Part shown: positions 25,009 through 33,205 of the stretch, one piece after another | How the letters are laid out: every line of letters begins with the position of its first letter | Position numbering within the stretch: position 1 is the stretch's first letter | Origin: a virus | Lineage: Duplodnaviria; Caudoviricetes | Length of the DNA: 64,000 bases | Strand: one strand, 5' to 3' | Virus record (IMG/VR): IMGVR_UViG_3300028603_000025 | Location: 34,936 to 98,935 of that record | Position numbers and translations under genes: made by a program | Notes under the pieces: model-generated | The model's input: the letters and a program-made list of their open reading frames with translations, nothing else | The model's database searches: none | Told to the model about the DNA's origin: nothing

Positions 25009-27264
25009 TTACTCGTCTATTTCTGGAACAAACTCAGACCAACACCCTTGTTTATTCAGCATCGCGACGTCGTTGATAGAAGCAATTCTGAGATAATGTT
25101 CTTTGTTATACTTCCAAGTGCATTCTTCAACAAACCACGAAGTATTACTACCACTACCGACCCAAGCATACTTGCCCGGAATCTGAACTGGACTTGACCT
25201 ATTACTAGTATCTCCAAGTCCCAGCTCTCCAAAACCGTTACGACCCCATACCCATAAATCGCCACCTCCGGTAGGCGTCAGTCCGTCCTTAATCCCAAAC
25301 GAACTTGTTCTAGTTCCTCCGACACAAACCCATTTTCCCGGAATCTGGACCGGGGTTGAAATATTGGTCTCGTTGCTATTGTTACCTATCGCGCCAAGGT
25401 TCCCTAATCCCCATGCCCATAAATTACAGTCAGTATCTATTGCTTGGTTGGCATGTTCACCGACGTTAATATGGATATAATGGCCCGGAATCTGAACCGG
25501 GGAAGAAACACTCTGACCTGCCGCACATCCGGAACCAAACATTGACCAGAGCCAGTGTCCCCAGACCCAGAGAGTACAGTCAGTTCTTAATCCCATTGAG
25601 TGATTTTGGCTTAAGCCGATAAGTGATACACATAACCAGTTACCGGGTAGTTGAACCGGACTTGACCTGGCTATTACATCCCCCAGTCCAAGAATTCCAC
25701 AAGTATTTCTGCCCCAAACCCAGACTGTTCCATCACTTTTCATTCCTGCTGCGACATCAACTCCTGCCCAAACACATTTCCACGAGCCTGGAATCTGAAT
25801 CGGACTTGAATAACAAAATGTATTTCCTGTTCCGAGCTGACCACTTTCGTCATATCCCCAAACCCATAAGCTTTCGTCCTCCTTAATCCCGTACCCTGCT
25901 GAATATCCTGCCGTAAATTTACACCAGTTTCCCGGAATTTGGGTCGGGGTAGATATACCACATACCGATACTTCCCCAATCGGGAGGACTTGACCAAAAT
26001 GATTCCGTCCCCATCCGTATAATTCACCATTCGCGGTTAATCCATAAGCGGTATTATCAAATGACGACCAGGTCACGAAATTTCCAGAATTGCATACGTT
26101 TACTCGGTCGATAGAATGCTGGGCATTGTTGTTTCCAAGCTGGCCCCATTGATTATGGCCGACCGAAGTCATACGATTTTTGATATAGACTTTTCCGTGC
26201 TCGTAGAGGCAGTCTTCGATGGCCATGGTGATATTACAAAACCCAGAAGATACGGATTTATATCTACCAAGAATCTGAATAGGGCTGGATTGGTCATCAG
26301 TGTTGCCTATCCCTAACTGACCCACGCAATTCGTGCCCCAAGTATATAAGCTCCCATTTGTCTTTGTCGCTGACGAGAAAGACGTTTTAGACGATAAAGT
26401 ATCCCACTTTCCGGGTATCTGAACCGGGCAGGATAATGCACCGACTGTAAGGCCGACTCCTGTTCTTCCATTACCATTAGTCCCCCAGGCCCACATGTCA
26501 TTATTGCTATCAATCCCTATCACGAAACAATCTCCAGCGGACGCACAAATCCAGTTTCCGGGAACCTGAACCGGGGATGATTTATCCTGGCCATAACATG
26601 GGTTACCCAAATATACTTGATGTCTGGAGCGACCAGTGACCCACAAGGAACCATCTTCTTTGATGAAAGATGCTCCGGTACATGATATATCGGCCTTCCT
26701 GAATCCTGAACCGATAAACACCGGAGATGATCGATAAGTTATAGTATTATCACCAAGCTCGCCGAATTCGTTTTTGCCCCAAGTATATAAATCGCCATTG
26801 ACTCGGATTCCTGCCATTCCAAACACTCCGGTCTTAATTTCCTTCCAGTTTCCGGATAGTTGAGTTGGAGTACTGATACGGACATTACTGGCAAGATTTA
26901 AGCCGAGCGCACCACACAAATTACTGCCCCATACCCATAATGAGCAGTCCTGTTTAAGAGCCGCCACGATATTATTATTTTGGGATATACAAAGCCAGTC
27001 GGACCCAGGAAGTTGAACCGGGCTTGAACGGGAAGAGTTACTTCCGGTTCCAAGAATTGAGAAAGTACCGAGACCCCATGAATATAACTCATTGTCTTCG
27101 GTTATCCCGAAAGAAGATTTACCGATTTCAATTTGCCTCCAAATCTTACCGTTAATCCATACCGGGGATGATTGATTAACTGCGCAGTTATTGTTGAGCT
27201 GACCTTCGAGACCGTAACCGGCGGCCCAGATTCGGTTGTAACATTGGCGTGGTTTTATAAACAT
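25009..27264 (-). CDS. RCC1/BLIP-II repeat protein (about two beta-propellers), probable virion adhesin
   Basis: About 14 repeats of LWxWGxNxxGxLG...SSPVQIPG; late-promoter-like AATAAATA upstream. Confidence 0.9.
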   Translation of the reverse strand: MFIKPRQCYNRIWAAGYGLEGQLNNNCAVNQSSPVWINGKIWRQIEIGKSSFGITEDNELYSWGLGTFSILGTGSNSSRSSPVQLPGSDWLCISQNNNIVAALKQDCSLWVWGSNLCGALGLNLASNVRISTPTQLSGNWKEIKTGVFGMAGIRVNGDLYTWGKNEFGELGDNTITYRSSPVFIGSGFRKADISCTGASFIKEDGSLWVTGRSRHQVYLGNPCYGQDKSSPVQVPGNWICASAGDCFVIGIDSNNDMWAWGTNGNGRTGVGLTVGALSCPVQIPGKWDTLSSKTSFSSATKTNGSLYTWGTNCVGQLGIGNTDDQSSPIQILGRYKSVSSGFCNITMAIEDCLYEHGKVYIKNRMTSVGHNQWGQLGNNNAQHSIDRVNVCNSGNFVTWSSFDNTAYGLTANGELYGWGRNHFGQVLPIGEVSVCGISTPTQIPGNWCKFTAGYSAGYGIKEDESLWVWGYDESGQLGTGNTFCYSSPIQIPGSWKCVWAGVDVAAGMKSDGTVWVWGRNTCGILGLGDVIARSSPVQLPGNWLCVSLIGLSQNHSMGLRTDCTLWVWGHWLWSMFGSGCAAGQSVSSPVQIPGHYIHINVGEHANQAIDTDCNLWAWGLGNLGAIGNNSNETNISTPVQIPGKWVCVGGTRTSSFGIKDGLTPTGGGDLWVWGRNGFGELGLGDTSNRSSPVQIPGKYAWVGSGSNTSWFVEECTWKYNKEHYLRIASINDVAMLNKQGCWSEFVPEIDE

Positions 27265-27277
27265 GCTTGTTTCTTTT

Positions 27278-27309
27278 TATAAATAGTATTAGTATATAGT
27301 CTATTTATT
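27278..27309. promoter_or_regulatory. two oppositely oriented T4-type late promoters
   Basis: TATAAATA on + (27278-85) and AATAAATA on - (27302-09), serving the divergently transcribed tnpB/gp14 and RCC1 genes. Confidence 0.7.
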
Positions 27310-27318
27310 AAAAAAACT

Positions 27319-28461
27319 ATGATTCTTAAAGCATTCAAATTCCGACTCTACCCAAACAAGACTCAAGAAGTTCTATTAAATAAGACGTTTGGTTGCGTCC
27401 GATTTGTTTGGAACCATAATGTTGAAGTATTTAATGATTGGTTTAATAATCCAGAAAGAAAGGCTTTGAGTGTGGCCGAATTGAGACAAGAATATGAATG
27501 GATGAAGGAAGTTAGTGCTTGTGCCGTAGAGTCAGCATCAAATAATTTCAGAGACTTCAAAACTCAATATTTCAATAAGAAACGTAAGAAGAAACTCGGA
27601 AGACCACAATTCAAGAATAGAAATTCGAGACAATCATTTAAACTCGATTATCGTAGATTCAGATTGGTAAACAATAGAATTCGTTTTGAAAAAATAGGTT
27701 TTATAAAAATCAATATAACAAGAGAAATTCATTCTGACGCAGAATTCCGCTCAGTAACCGTATCAAAGAATTCAGCAGGTCAGTATTTTGCCTCGATTCT
27801 CGTCAGAATGGAGATAAGTAATCCTATTCCCTTAACCGGAAACGTGACGGGGATTGATATGGGTTTGAATCATTTCTTGACGTTGAGTAACGGAGATAAA
27901 GTTTCAAACCCGAGATTTTTTCGCGAGAGCCAAGCGAAACTAAGAACAGCACAGAAACACTTGAGCCGGAAGAAGAAAGGTTCAAGTCGTTACAAGAAAC
28001 AGAAACTCAAAGTAGCAAGAATGCATCTCAAGATATCTAATCAGAGAAAGAACTTTCTTCACTCCGAGGCCAATAAAATCCTTAAGGATTATGATATAAT
28101 AGGAATTGAAGATTTGAACGTAGAAGGGATGAAAAAGAGTCATAATCTTGGAAAATCGATTTCTGACGCTTCCTTTTCTGAGTTCTTCAGGATTCTTTCT
28201 TATAAAGCTGAATGGAACAATAAAAAGGTCATTAAAATCAATAGGTTTTATCCTTCGAGTAAGACTTGTAGCCATTGTGGTTGGTATAATCCTGAATTAA
28301 AGAGAGGAAATAGAACTTTTGATTGTAAAGCTTGTGGAATCAGTTTAGATAGAGACCATAATGCTGCTTTGAATATTAAAGAACAAGCATTAGGCATGAC
28401 TAATGTTATACGAACGCAGAACGAACAGAAGACTTCTAGTTGTATTGGGAGCAGTTTGTGA
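27319..28461 (+). CDS. tnpB: TnpB RNA-guided endonuclease (IS200/IS605 family), with no tnpA nearby
   Basis: KAFKFRLYP..Q, FGCVRFVWN, RuvC motifs GIDMG, IEDL and DRDHNAA, and zinc finger CSHC..CKAC; catalytic triad intact. Confidence 0.95.
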   Translation: MILKAFKFRLYPNKTQEVLLNKTFGCVRFVWNHNVEVFNDWFNNPERKALSVAELRQEYEWMKEVSACAVESASNNFRDFKTQYFNKKRKKKLGRPQFKNRNSRQSFKLDYRRFRLVNNRIRFEKIGFIKINITREIHSDAEFRSVTVSKNSAGQYFASILVRMEISNPIPLTGNVTGIDMGLNHFLTLSNGDKVSNPRFFRESQAKLRTAQKHLSRKKKGSSRYKKQKLKVARMHLKISNQRKNFLHSEANKILKDYDIIGIEDLNVEGMKKSHNLGKSISDASFSEFFRILSYKAEWNNKKVIKINRFYPSSKTCSHCGWYNPELKRGNRTFDCKACGISLDRDHNAALNIKEQALGMTNVIRTQNEQKTSSCIGSSL

Positions 28462-28498
28462 TGAAGCGTTTAGTTGCCACTTATTAAGGAGTAATATC

Positions 28499-29248
28499 AT
28501 CGCAGTTAATCCTTACTTCCAAGCCGGACGCAATATCGGGGAAGCTCCTGAACAGGACTTAATATCGGATCTGATTATCGAGTGTATTAAGATATATGGT
28601 TTTGATTTAATCTATCTTCCACGACAATCAGTGAACACCGATGATATCCTGAACGAAGACGTTCTGAACAAGTACGATTACGGATATCCTATCGAGATGT
28701 ATCTCTCGTCGGTGGACGGCTTTGAAGGAGAGGGAAGTTTACTATCGAAGTTCGGTCTTGAAATTCGTGATACGGCTACCCTTGTCGTTGCCAAGAAACG
28801 ATGGCACGAACTAGTTCAAGCAAACGGGACTACCCAGCTTCCCACCAGACCGACCACAGGAGATATCATCTATTTTCCTGATACTAAAGCTTTCCTCGAG
28901 ATTCGAGAAGTAAAAACAAAGAATCCTTTCTTCCAAGTCGGGAAGCTCTATGTATATTCTCTATCGTGTGAACTGATGCAGTTCAGTCATGAAAGGTTTA
29001 ATACCAATATACCAGAAATAGACGAAACTGCTGAATCATTCAGCTTGGATATTCTCCCGTTCAGTTTACTTCTGGAAGAAGGCGACGGTTCGTTATTATT
29101 GGAAGACCATTCTGATTCTAAACTGGTTCTTAATGGCTTCAGCCTTGAAGACAGGGATAAACAGTCCCAGAACGAACAGTTTACTCGACAAGTTAAAGAA
29201 GTACTATTTTCAAAACATAATCCATTCGGGGACCCAGAAGGAATTTGA
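28499..29248 (+). CDS. gp14: neck protein gp14 (probable non-canonical ATC start)
   Basis: AVNPYF, EQDL..DLIIECIKIYG...YLPR, IEMY, SKFGLEIRD, RPTTGDIIYFP, PFFQVGK and NPFG; AAGGAG lies 7 nt before ATC-GCA-GTT. Confidence 0.9.
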   Translation: MAVNPYFQAGRNIGEAPEQDLISDLIIECIKIYGFDLIYLPRQSVNTDDILNEDVLNKYDYGYPIEMYLSSVDGFEGEGSLLSKFGLEIRDTATLVVAKKRWHELVQANGTTQLPTRPTTGDIIYFPDTKAFLEIREVKTKNPFFQVGKLYVYSLSCELMQFSHERFNTNIPEIDETAESFSLDILPFSLLLEEGDGSLLLEDHSDSKLVLNGFSLEDRDKQSQNEQFTRQVKEVLFSKHNPFGDPEGI

Positions 29249-29251
29249 GAT

Positions 29252-30835
29252 ATGACGATTCTATTTAGCCAGCTCTTGGAAGAGTTGAACTCAGAAGAAA
29301 AGAAAGAAGTTGATACCTGGGAGAAAGGAGATAACTCCTTTTCTGACCACTTATTTAATCACAAAGATGACCATTCGATTGTTCTTCCTCTGAAACATCC
29401 TGAACAAGAAGGCCACAAGGACGAGATTAATTATCATCTTGAGCCTCATGGATATTCCATAAAAGACTATAAATCCGGAACCGCTATTGATAAACACGGA
29501 CGAGAAACTCGAATCGGAAAGGCTTTAAATGCAACCAAGGCCCCAGAAGACCTGAAGAATAAGTTTCAGAACGACCCTTCGCGGTCTCATAAAGAAACAG
29601 GCTCGGATGACCTAAGAGTAACTATAACCCGTCATCCTCATCATGTAGCTGGAATGACATCAGGAGGCCACTGCTGGGAAAATGAATCGTGTATGAGATT
29701 CTCCAGACTCCATGATGATACTAAAGACGAATACGAAAAGAAATTAACCAAAGATGCTTTACAATCTGACCTGAAACATGGAACGCACGTAGCCTATCTC
29801 CATCATAAGGACGACCACGAACTGAAACATCCCCTGGCCAGAATCGCCCTCAAGAAATTCTCTAATGAATCAGGAACAGAACATATCTTACGTCCCGAAG
29901 AAAGAACATACGGACCTGAATCAGATGCATTCCGTCATACTGTTCATTCTCATCTTGAAAAGCATATGCCGGTAAACGAATCTGAAGTCTATAAGAAACA
30001 CGAAAACGTATATGATGATGATAGACATAACGTCCGAATAGGAAACTCGAAAAAGGCTTTACGTAGATATATCGATAAGCTCGGAGAAAAAGGGCATTCA
30101 GAATCATCAAGAAAAATCATTCTTAATCATCCTGAATTCGACGACAAAACTGCAGACCAACTTCACGAAAAAGGCTATGGATACGTCATGGAAAGTCCGC
30201 GCCTGTCAAAAGAATATCTCGGTAAACAAGTTGACCGAGTAACAAATTACGAAATGCCCCATGACCCGTTAATCCATAATCCAAAACTGACGCCTGCGCA
30301 CATCCATAAGCTGTTGGATCATGGTGTACAGATGCATCCGGATTCTCCTGCTTTGAAGCCAGAGCATATCAAGAGGATAATTGATAAAGACGAGCGTGGA
30401 GGTCGAGAGACATCAGATTATATCCAACACCCAAATGCCAGTTATGATAACGTTAAGCATTTTATGGATACACATCCCGGATATAGGAGTAATGCTATTA
30501 GATTTAATAGTAAACTGAAAGGAGACCACCTTCATAAATTGGTTAAAGACGGGTATGCAGACGAAGGCGGCCCGGTAGCAAAGGCAATTCTATATCATAA
30601 GAACGTTCAGCCTAAGACCGTTGACCATTTACTCAATCATCCTGAAGCCAGAAAATCAATTATCGGGGACAATATTTCCAGCCTTGATTCACAGAATCCT
30701 GACGTAATCAGGACCATGTGGAAACACCAGAAGGAACATAACAAGAACGATGATAGCAGACTTAAAATTCTGAAGATAGGTTACCGGAACAAGAAAGGTC
30801 TTCCTGATGATATAAAGGACGAAGTACATAGCTAA
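29252..30835 (+). CDS. His/Lys/Asp-rich protein with C-terminal helical repeats, candidate internal head protein
   Basis: Paralog of 46998-48490; N-terminus MTILFSQLLEEL resembles a capsid-targeting leader; repeated (L/I)xxHP motifs. Confidence 0.6.
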   Translation: MTILFSQLLEELNSEEKKEVDTWEKGDNSFSDHLFNHKDDHSIVLPLKHPEQEGHKDEINYHLEPHGYSIKDYKSGTAIDKHGRETRIGKALNATKAPEDLKNKFQNDPSRSHKETGSDDLRVTITRHPHHVAGMTSGGHCWENESCMRFSRLHDDTKDEYEKKLTKDALQSDLKHGTHVAYLHHKDDHELKHPLARIALKKFSNESGTEHILRPEERTYGPESDAFRHTVHSHLEKHMPVNESEVYKKHENVYDDDRHNVRIGNSKKALRRYIDKLGEKGHSESSRKIILNHPEFDDKTADQLHEKGYGYVMESPRLSKEYLGKQVDRVTNYEMPHDPLIHNPKLTPAHIHKLLDHGVQMHPDSPALKPEHIKRIIDKDERGGRETSDYIQHPNASYDNVKHFMDTHPGYRSNAIRFNSKLKGDHLHKLVKDGYADEGGPVAKAILYHKNVQPKTVDHLLNHPEARKSIIGDNISSLDSQNPDVIRTMWKHQKEHNKNDDSRLKILKIGYRNKKGLPDDIKDEVHS

Positions 30836-31887
30836 TGTTTAATAGTAAGTTCTATATCGGAGTAGTAGAAAGCCGCGACGACCCGGAAAAGATGGGAAGA
30901 TGTAAGGTCAGAGTATTCGGTATTCATTCTGACTCAAAGATTCTTCTCCCAACCCGAGACCTACCTTGGGCGATTCCGTTACTTCCTACTACTTCTGCAT
31001 CTATATCAGGTCTAGGCATTTCCCCGACTGGAATCGTTCCCGGATCTTGGGTTCTTCTGATTATGTTGGACGGAGATGATTGCCAACAACCCATGATTCT
31101 TGGTTCGATTCTGTCCAAGTCAATGGATGCCAATTCAATAGTCCCAAGAAAAGAAGAACTGATTAATATCAATAACGGAATACTCAGAACCAACGACGGA
31201 GTAGAAGTAAAAGACTCAGATGGATTTCCGGTAAGATTCGGTATCCCGAAAAAGGAAGGATGGTATCTGGGAAAGACGTCAGAACAACATGAATCAGGAG
31301 GAAGAGGGCCGGGAGTAATTAATGATTACCTTGGAGGTTCGTCAGGAGATTACGGCGGAGCATCGTACGGCATGTTCCAGTTTGCTTCATATCTTCCTAC
31401 CAATAACAGACGGCCCGCGATAAAGAATTCCCCGGTAAAGGCATTCATTGCAAACAGCAAGTATAAAAGTAAGTTTGATGGAATGGAACCTGCCACCCGG
31501 GCATTCGATGATATGTGGAGACTGATAGCAAGTACGTATCCTGACTTTGAAGATGAGCAACGTGAATATATCAAACGTAAATATTATGACGTGGCCATGA
31601 GTAACATAATGCGATTTGGGATAGACCTTAGTAAATACGGACCAGGAGTTCAGGATTTAGTCTGGTCGACCGCAGTTCAGCTTGGTCCCAACAACACAGG
31701 AGTTTATAAGTTTCCGTTGGGAGGAAAAAGCGAACTGGACGATAAAAGCATCATTCAGTTAGTATCTGAATATAAAATAGCAAACGTAGGTAATCTGTTT
31801 CGGTCATCAAGCGAAATGATAAGGAATAATGTTCGGAATAGATGGAGACAAGAGGAGCAAGATTTAATCGCGTTAACGAACGGCTGA
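30835..31887 (+). CDS. gp5: baseplate hub gp5 (OB-fold plus lysozyme-like domain, no beta-helix)
   Basis: GVVESRDDPEKMGRCKVRVFGIH, LPWA and GSWV...DG..QQPMILG; then HESGGRGPG, GGASYGMFQFAS and WSTAVQLG, a muramidase-like domain. Confidence 0.88.
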   Translation: MFNSKFYIGVVESRDDPEKMGRCKVRVFGIHSDSKILLPTRDLPWAIPLLPTTSASISGLGISPTGIVPGSWVLLIMLDGDDCQQPMILGSILSKSMDANSIVPRKEELININNGILRTNDGVEVKDSDGFPVRFGIPKKEGWYLGKTSEQHESGGRGPGVINDYLGGSSGDYGGASYGMFQFASYLPTNNRRPAIKNSPVKAFIANSKYKSKFDGMEPATRAFDDMWRLIASTYPDFEDEQREYIKRKYYDVAMSNIMRFGIDLSKYGPGVQDLVWSTAVQLGPNNTGVYKFPLGGKSELDDKSIIQLVSEYKIANVGNLFRSSSEMIRNNVRNRWRQEEQDLIALTNG

Positions 31888-31918
31888 CACTCCCCCGCCT
31901 GAAGGAAGGGGATTTACG
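31885..31918 (-). mobile_element. IS200/IS605-type end hairpin remnant
   Basis: The minus strand reads aaatccccttccttcaggcgggggagtgtca, resembling tnpB-element ends; it overlaps the gp5 stop. Confidence 0.55.
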
Positions 31919-31921
31919 CTA

Positions 31922-32296
31922 TTATTTGTTAAAGTACTTTTCCATGTACTTAATCAACTTCTCAAGCTCTTCTTTCAGAAGCTTTCGTTTTATTTCCTCT
32001 ATACCATCACCGTCCAGGAAATACGGCAAGGATGATCCCGTGAACTGATATTCGTACTCAACCAAATCAATCGTGTCAATCTTCTTGAATATAATCGGGT
32101 GAGCCTTTATCCAGCAGTCAAATCGAAAACCTAAATGATTGGTCAACAGTTCATTCAAATCATCATTAACATATTCAATCTTCTGGGCCAAAATGAGTAA
32201 TTCTTTTCTTCCTCGGATGAGATATGTTTTATTTAGTTCAGACTCACTAAACCCGTATTCACTAAACCCGTATTCGATCAATTCTTCCGGTTTCAT
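31922..32296 (-). CDS. hypothetical protein (tandem duplicate A)
   Basis: MKPEELIEYGF...; near-identical to 32442-32813. Confidence 0.7.
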   Translation of the reverse strand: MKPEELIEYGFSEYGFSESELNKTYLIRGRKELLILAQKIEYVNDDLNELLTNHLGFRFDCWIKAHPIIFKKIDTIDLVEYEYQFTGSSLPYFLDGDGIEEIKRKLLKEELEKLIKYMEKYFNK

Positions 32297-32441
32297 CACG
32301 TGTGCCCTTTCATAAATAGATATGAGACAATTTAACATTCATTATATTCATGGCGGTCTGAATATTTCTATGTTTTAGTAATGAGTACTTCAAATCATCA
32401 ATTTTTGTGAATCCGTACGTGATTAACTTGTCTGTTCCTTG

Positions 32442-32813
32442 TTATCTTTCTATTCCTTTATTGAAGTACTTTTCCATGTACTTAATCATCTTCTCAAGCT
32501 CTTCTTTCAGAAGATTTCGTTTTATCATCGCTATACAATCTTCACCCGGGTGAAACGCAAAGAACGGTCCCGTGAACTGATATTCGTACTCAGACAAATC
32601 AATCGTGTCAATCTTCTTGAATATAATCGAGTGAGCCTTTATCCAGACGTCAAATCGAAAATCTAAATGATTGGTCAACAGTTCATTCAAATCATCATTA
32701 ACATATTCAATCTTCTGAGCCAAAAGGAGTAATTTTTTTCTTCCTCGGACGTTACAGGTTTTATCTAGTCCAAACTTACTAAACCCGTATTCAATCAATT
32801 CTTCCGGTTTCAT
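32442..32813 (-). CDS. hypothetical protein (tandem duplicate B)
   Basis: AAAGGA RBS; MKPEELIEYGF...; paralog of the previous gene. Confidence 0.7.
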   Translation of the reverse strand: MKPEELIEYGFSKFGLDKTCNVRGRKKLLLLAQKIEYVNDDLNELLTNHLDFRFDVWIKAHSIIFKKIDTIDLSEYEYQFTGPFFAFHPGEDCIAMIKRNLLKEELEKMIKYMEKYFNKGIER

Positions 32814-32866
32814 CGCGCGTGTCCTTTCATAAATAGATATGAGACAATTTAACATTCATTATATCT

Positions 32867-33142
32867 ATGGTCAAGTCATTTTTAATCATCTTATCATTAA
32901 CTACCTTATCATTAACTACCTTAACAGCATGTAAGACTGTTCCGGTAACTAAAGAATTCCCACGTGTTCCGGAAAAAATGCTTGAAGAACCCGAAACTCC
33001 AAGTATGATAACAGAACAAGATACGTTACTGTCTGATATGTTACCAGTAATCATTGATAACAATTCAGTCTGTACCAAGAACTATTATCTGTTAAAGGGC
33101 TGGCAAGCCTGGTATCACGAACAGAAGAAGCTGCACAAATAA
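32867..33142 (+). CDS. outer-membrane spanin (Rz1-like lipoprotein)
   Basis: Lipobox LTAC, Pro-rich FPRVPEKMLEEP, NNSVC...WQAWYHEQKK; CATAAATAG late promoter at 32828. Confidence 0.75.
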   Translation: MVKSFLIILSLTTLSLTTLTACKTVPVTKEFPRVPEKMLEEPETPSMITEQDTLLSDMLPVIIDNNSVCTKNYYLLKGWQAWYHEQKKLHK

Positions 33143-33165
33143 CTTAATTTATCTTTCTTACCCAT

Positions 33166-33193
33166 CCCGAATTCAAAGCGACTTCGGGTTTTC
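33166..33193 (+). terminator. rho-independent terminator
   Basis: cccgaa...ttcggg followed by TTTT. Confidence 0.6.
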
Positions 33194-33205
33194 TATTTTA
33201 CATAT

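Larger units (their letters stand above)
31921..32870. repeat. ~430-bp tandem duplication (about 31921-32353 and 32456-32870)
   Basis: Long identical tracts such as aaatgattggtcaacagttcattcaaatcatcattaacatattcaatcttctg and tttcataaatagatatgagacaatttaacattcattatat occur in both copies. Confidence 0.9.

Noticed and set aside
25009-27264. Diversity-generating retroelement target in the RCC1 gene
   Set aside because: There is no reverse transcriptase and no template/variable repeat pair differing at adenines in the window
28403-28498. N-terminal extension of gp14 given by the ORF track
   Set aside because: It overlaps the tnpB 3' end, lacks an RBS and precedes the conserved AVNPYF start
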